Shown here piece after piece: positions 59,556 through 64,000 of a stretch of 64,000 nucleotides of DNA. This DNA comes from an uncultured Verrucomicrobiae bacterium (GTDB taxonomy: Bacteria; Verrucomicrobiota; Verrucomicrobiia; Chthoniobacterales; UBA10450), in NCBI GenBank assembly GCA_963726745.1, contig CAVSDR010000006.1, positions 576,001-640,000 of the forward strand, written 5' to 3'. The notes beneath the pieces are model-generated. The model had not been told where the DNA came from and searched no databases. It saw nothing but the letters and a program-made list of their open reading frames with translations. Numbering within the stretch: the stretch's first letter is position 1; every line of letters starts with the position of its first letter. A program made the translations under genes and the position numbers.

Positions 59556-61256
59556 CTAGTCCAGACCAGCCTGCGCCTTTCGCACGAGGGCTCGTTCTTC
59601 CGGGAGGAGCGCTGCTGCATCGCTCCGGCGCAGGAACGCGCGCGCCTTTTCCTTCTCGCCCGCCGCGGCCAGGATGAGCCCGTAATAGGTCGCCACCGCC
59701 GGTTCTTGCAGCTGCGCGTCGCTCAACCGGTTCATCGCCGCCAGAGCTGCCTTGAGATCGCCCCGCGTGAGCAGGCCAAAGGCGTAGGTCGAGACGAAGC
59801 CGCCATTGCCCGGCTCCTTCGCCACCAAGTCGGCAGCGACTTTGCGCGCCCGCTCCAGGTCCACGCCCAGCAGCATCGAGATTTGGGCCAGGTTGTTGGC
59901 CAGAGCGCGATCCTCCGGCCGGAGCTCGGCAAATTTCGTCAGCGTGCGATAAAGCCCGGGTGTGTCCTCCCGTTTCGCATAGTGCTGGTAGAGCGTCTGC
60001 AAAGCCTGGAACTGCATCTCTGGCGCGCGACTGAGTGTCCAGAGCATCTCGATCGCCTCCTCCTGCCAGCCCCAATCGGCCACCGTTTGCGCGAGCAGCG
60101 CCAGCGCCTGCGGGTTTGCCGCCGCTTTCTGCGCGGCAGCCAGTTCCTGCTCGGCCGCGAGTTCTTTCTCTGTGCCGCGGAGCGCGCGCGCGAGAAAGGC
60201 ATGCCGCAAGAAGTCAAAGCCGCCCCAGCTCCCGGCACTCGTTAGGCGTTCGAGCTGGGCCCAATTTTTCTCCTGGGCGTGCGCCTCTGCCACCGCCATC
60301 GGCACCGGCCATTTCCCCAGCGTTTCGGCCGAGATGTTGCCGGCAAATTGAATCGCCTCGGCCGCCAAGCCGTTGCGCACCATCCAGAGCAGGAGGGCCG
60401 AGAGATCCGCCGGCTGCGCCCTCGCTTCATCTTTCAATCGGGTGAAATAGCCGGCAAATTCCGCCGCCTGCATCTGCCGCAAAATCTCCAGGTAAAGCAG
60501 CCGATCGCTGAAGATCGCCTCCGGCAGCGCCTGCAATTCCTCCGCGAGCACGCGCGCCTCCTCCGCCGGTTCGCCGCGGGCCACGCGGTCGATCACGAGC
60601 GTGCGCAGGGCCGCCGCGCGCTGCTTCGGGTCGGTGCGCAATTCTTCCAGCGCCCGCCGCGCCTCCGCCCGGTTCCCCGGCTCCGGGGAACTCAATCGCA
60701 CCAGCGCGAGCTGGAATTTGTAACCCTGATTCTGCGGGTCGAGCGCAACCGCCTTCGCCCAATGCGCCTCGGCGTTCGCCGCATCCTGCCGCAACTCGGC
60801 GAGCTTGCCCGAGGCGGCGTGGAACGGCGCCCAATCGCCTGCGCTGCCCGCAAGTGCGTCGAGCGTCTTCGCCGCAGTTATCAGGTCGCTTGCTCGCAGC
60901 GCGCTCCGGGTCAGCGCGAGGGCATCGTCGCGCGAGCCCGGCTGCGCCAGGAGGACTTTCCGCCGCCACTCCACTGCCGAGGGATCGCCCGCCTGCTCGG
61001 TGATTTCCGCAATGGTGCGCATGGCCTCGACGTTGTCCGGATTCAACTGCAGCGCGCGCCGCGCGATCAGGCTCGCGCTTTTCAGGTCGCCGCCGCTTAG
61101 GACAGCGGCTGCCTGGCGAACGAGGTGCCCTTCCTGCCAGTGTCGGTAACTCCGAAAGCTTCCCCAGAGCAGCGCGACCAGCAGAGCGAACCCGCCCACG
61201 CCCGCGAAGAGCAGCGTGAGGAACGTGCGTTCTGTCCGATTAAACGAAAGGTCCAA
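59556..61256 (-). CDS. Membrane-anchored TPR protein (paralog of 51218-52927), start approximate
   Basis: N-terminal TM; SLIARRALQLNP..., STYAFGL...YYGLILAA...LLPEE. Confidence 0.8.
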   Translation of the reverse strand: MDLSFNRTERTFLTLLFAGVGGFALLVALLWGSFRSYRHWQEGHLVRQAAAVLSGGDLKSASLIARRALQLNPDNVEAMRTIAEITEQAGDPSAVEWRRKVLLAQPGSRDDALALTRSALRASDLITAAKTLDALAGSAGDWAPFHAASGKLAELRQDAANAEAHWAKAVALDPQNQGYKFQLALVRLSSPEPGNRAEARRALEELRTDPKQRAAALRTLVIDRVARGEPAEEARVLAEELQALPEAIFSDRLLYLEILRQMQAAEFAGYFTRLKDEARAQPADLSALLLWMVRNGLAAEAIQFAGNISAETLGKWPVPMAVAEAHAQEKNWAQLERLTSAGSWGGFDFLRHAFLARALRGTEKELAAEQELAAAQKAAANPQALALLAQTVADWGWQEEAIEMLWTLSRAPEMQFQALQTLYQHYAKREDTPGLYRTLTKFAELRPEDRALANNLAQISMLLGVDLERARKVAADLVAKEPGNGGFVSTYAFGLLTRGDLKAALAAMNRLSDAQLQEPAVATYYGLILAAAGEKEKARAFLRRSDAAALLPEERALVRKAQAGLD

Positions 61257-61368
61257 GAGGCTCAGGGTAATTTGCGCCTCGGGCGAGTCAACGCGCGCGC
61301 GCCCGCCGCACCCGGCGCTTGCCGCCACCGGGCTCCGCGGGCATTTTACCAGCGCTTTCTCCGCTGCC

Positions 61369-62307
61369 ATGAACCCCGATCCGATCCGCGTCGACCGCGT
61401 CACCACCAGCTCGAAAATTTTCGCGCACACCCGTTGGGATGCGCTCCCCGCGCTCGCGGGCCTGTTCCATCTGGCCTTCTTTTTCGCGCTCTTCTTCCTC
61501 TACCCGCGCCTGCCGCTCTGGGTCATGCTCGTGCTCGGGTTTACCTACGCGCTCATGGTCAACGCGAACATCAACGGCGTGGGCCACAACTTCATCCACA
61601 ACCCTTTCTTCCGCGCGCCCCTGCTCAATCGCCTCTTCGGCATCACCCAGTCGATGGCCTGCTGCTTTTCGCAGACCTACTACGACGTGGTCCACATGCA
61701 GCATCATAAAGGGAACAGCGACCGCAAAGGCGAGGACGGCGAGACGATCGATTGGCTCTCGATCTACCGGCATGGGCACGACGACGAGCCGGAAAATCCC
61801 TGGAGCTACGTCTTCCTGAGCTTCTTCCGCGACAACCCCGCGGCGATCGCACGCGAGTTAAAAAAACGCGGCCGCAGCGAGTTGATCTGGGGCAATCTCG
61901 AGCTCGCTGCTTTCGCGACCACGCTCTTCGTGATGTTCCTTTTCAACTGGCGCTACGTGATCTTTTTCTTCCTCCCGTTCTTCTATCTCGGGCACTGCTT
62001 CAGTTACTTAAACGGCTACTTCCGCCACTACGGGGCCGATCCCGACAAGCCGATCGCCTGGGGCGTGAGCAGCTACGGTCGGCTCTACAACTGGCTCTTT
62101 TTCTACAACGGCTACCACGCCGAGCATCACTTCCGCCCAAAGGTGCACTGGACGCAGATGGAGCGTTTCCATTCCCAGATCGCCGATCTCCAGGAAGCCG
62201 AAGGCGTGCGCGTCATCCAGCACGCGCACATGCTTGGCTTCCTCGACCCCAACCTGCCGAAGCGCGGCGATCGCGACGCGAAGCCGGAGTTCCAGCCCAG
62301 CGCCTAA
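61369..62307 (+). CDS. Membrane fatty acid desaturase family protein
   Basis: His boxes HNFIH, HMQHH and HAEHH; TM helices. Confidence 0.88.
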   Translation: MNPDPIRVDRVTTSSKIFAHTRWDALPALAGLFHLAFFFALFFLYPRLPLWVMLVLGFTYALMVNANINGVGHNFIHNPFFRAPLLNRLFGITQSMACCFSQTYYDVVHMQHHKGNSDRKGEDGETIDWLSIYRHGHDDEPENPWSYVFLSFFRDNPAAIARELKKRGRSELIWGNLELAAFATTLFVMFLFNWRYVIFFFLPFFYLGHCFSYLNGYFRHYGADPDKPIAWGVSSYGRLYNWLFFYNGYHAEHHFRPKVHWTQMERFHSQIADLQEAEGVRVIQHAHMLGFLDPNLPKRGDRDAKPEFQPSA

Positions 62308-62331
62308 CGAGCGGTCTGTCGCCGCGTGGGC

Positions 62332-63580
62332 TTAGCGCGGATCAGTTACCCGGCCCAGGAAAAGACAAACGCCGCTGGGCACGTGCTGGATCGCGTAGAG
62401 AAACGGGCGATCCACCTTCACTTCCACCGGCTCATCCTGGCCCGGCGCGGCGGTGGTTGCCATCATCACCGCCGCAGTGGCCGCGGCGGCTTCGGTCCCC
62501 TGCTCGTCGACTGCGACGAAGGTTTTGTGGAAGACATCGGAGATGTAAAGATACTCGTCCGGCTTGCGTTCCGCCATTCGGCTAAAGTCCGCGCTCCCCT
62601 GTGGCAGGTCGAACATGGCCTGCAGACCCATCGCCTGTAAGTGCCGCGAAAGCTCCAGCGTTTCCGGGCTAAACTTGAAGCGCGGCAGATGCAAATCCAC
62701 CCGCACCCCCGGCAGCTTCGCGCCCGCGGCGAAGATCCCAGGCTCGAGCTTTTTCTCGAGCGCGCCGAGCCCGTTCTTCTCGTTAGGCAGCAAGATCAGG
62801 AGCTGAAATTCCTCGCCCGCATACGGCAGGGCCACGCTCGTGTAGCCGTCGCCCTGGGCATATCCCAGAGACAGCACCTTCCGCATCATCGGCACTTTCG
62901 CGGGCGTCTCGCCGTTGATCTGGAAGAGCTCCGGTTCAGTCGCGCTTTTGCTAAACTCATGCGCCCAGGGCGCCTTGAAATAGAGCGCGTTCACCAGCAC
63001 CAAGCGCGTCTGCTCGTCCAGCGGCGAAGGAATCAGGTTCTCGATCCGCTCTCGCGTTTGCTCCGCGACCCATTGGTTGATCCGTCGGGTTGCAGACGCG
63101 GCGTTGGCCTTGAAATCGAGCGGCTCCGGCGGGGCGCCGAAGTTTGCCTGCACCTCGGCGAGAAATTCCGGCCGAAGCACGAAGCCCTTTTGCGGGAAGA
63201 GGCGATTGGCCACCGCGAGCACGATCGGTTCACTGGGACCGCCATACTTCTTCGCGTTTTGCGCCTCCGTCGCCCTGCGGGCCACGCTCTCGCCGAGCGC
63301 CTTTTGCAGCGCGTGGAAAGCAGCCGACGATTCGTTAGGCGGCAACTTCAGCGCGCGGAGCATTTCCGCGCGGGTCGCGGCCTTCCGCGCCCGCCAGGGT
63401 CATCGCGAGGGCCTGGCTGATCGAGTAGGGCGAAAGGCAGAGATTCCCCGGGCTGCCCGCCACTTGCTGGTAAAGCGCCACGCCGAAGGCATTGGTCGAT
63501 TGCACCGCCGGGGCGAAGTCGCTGCCTAAAACCGGCCCGGCGAGCGCGCAAGCCATCAGGCTACGGACGAAAAGTCGCAC
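62332..63580 (-). CDS. Serpin (secreted serine protease inhibitor), frameshift near 63375
   Basis: NLCLSPYSI, LVLVNALYFKAPW, hinge EQGTEAAAATA and VDRPFLYAI...LFLGRVTDP. Confidence 0.92.
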
Positions 63581-63845
63581 GCAGCTTTTCCTTTTTCTCC
63601 TCGCAATCCTGCTGCAGCCGGCGCGTTTCGATCGCGAGTTGTTTCTCCAGCGTTTCCGCCTCCTCGTAGCTGCCGCCGCCACGGGCGGTGCGGATTTGCT
63701 CCTTCAGGAAAAGCTCTTTCTCCGCGATTTTTGCGCGATAGCTGGAGTCGATCTCCGCGAGCTGCGCTTTTTGCTCATCGCTCAATTCCACCGTGGGCGC
63801 GCTTTGCTGCAAGCGCTCCATCGCCAACTCATAGGCCGATTTCAT
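63561..63845 (-). CDS. Small conserved hypothetical coiled-coil protein
   Basis: MKSAYELAMERL...; 94 aa, helical. Confidence 0.7.
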   Translation of the reverse strand: MKSAYELAMERLQQSAPTVELSDEQKAQLAEIDSSYRAKIAEKELFLKEQIRTARGGGSYEEAETLEKQLAIETRRLQQDCEEKKEKLRATFRP

Positions 63846-63928
63846 CTTCCCTGAGACTCCGGCGCGCGCCGGGAAACGCAACTGCCGCGCTTTGGCAAGC
63901 GTTCCCTCCGCGGGTAGGTTGCGCGCGC

Positions 63929-64000
63929 ATGGCAAAAATTCGGCTCCTGAGCACAGACTTTGACGGCACCCTGGTGGCGCACCAGTCCGACCCGGTGCTG
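63929..64000 (+). CDS. HAD-superfamily hydrolase (IIB-like), 5' fragment
   Basis: MAKIRLLSTDFDGTLV, HAD motif I (DxDGT). Confidence 0.75.
   Translation, partial: MAKIRLLSTDFDGTLVAHQSDPVL

Larger units (their letters stand above)
1897..63340. repeat. Dispersed over-represented motif TCGTTAGG(C)/(G)CCTAACGA
   Basis: About 30 copies of the 8-mer by manual scan; coordinates listed in findings. Confidence 0.85.

Noticed and set aside
1897..63340. TCGTTAGGC copies as a CRISPR array or REP elements
   Set aside because: Only 8-9 bp long, irregularly spaced, mostly intragenic and non-palindromic; no cas genes in the window.
1..64000. Numerous long antisense or alternate-frame ORFs (e.g. 559-1404, 3207-4409, 20576-21898, 44947-46440)
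   Set aside because: Shadow ORFs of recognisable genes in high-GC DNA; R/A/P/G-rich with no motifs.

Overview
GC-rich bacterial chromosomal segment. The gene content (NISTR-domain protein, VPDSG/PEP-CTERM proteins, nrdR-linked hypothetical) points to Verrucomicrobiota, probably Chthoniobacterales/Spartobacteria; this is an inference. Most of the window is housekeeping: ppk2, lpxK, thrB, acs, mnmA, mpg, secA, pyrE, sdhCAB, ispE, pyrF, radC, lpxA, moeA, tRNA-Ser(GCT), nrdR, a type IA topoisomerase, dprA, ssb, rpsF, pth, rplY and prs. At least 11 genes, including essential ones, carry frameshifts that are most likely long-read indel errors. Two things stand out. (1) The dispersed motif TCGTTAGG(C)/(G)CCTAACGA occurs about 30 times by manual count, and a related motif GCCGGCTAATT about 9 times plus variants. 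They sit inside genes in several reading frames and at stop codons, using otherwise rare codons, and are nearly absent from the two accessory regions. This pattern resembles a DNA-uptake, HIP1 or Chi-type genome signature. (2) A cell-surface locus at about 47.5-61.3 kb contains a sigma54-type three-gene pilin-like cassette inserted between prs and rplY. It is followed by three TPR proteins interleaved with three PEP-CTERM/VPDSG-like sorted proteins. Two of these, plus the PilX-like protein, carry a similar SGGGN-containing beta-solenoid domain.
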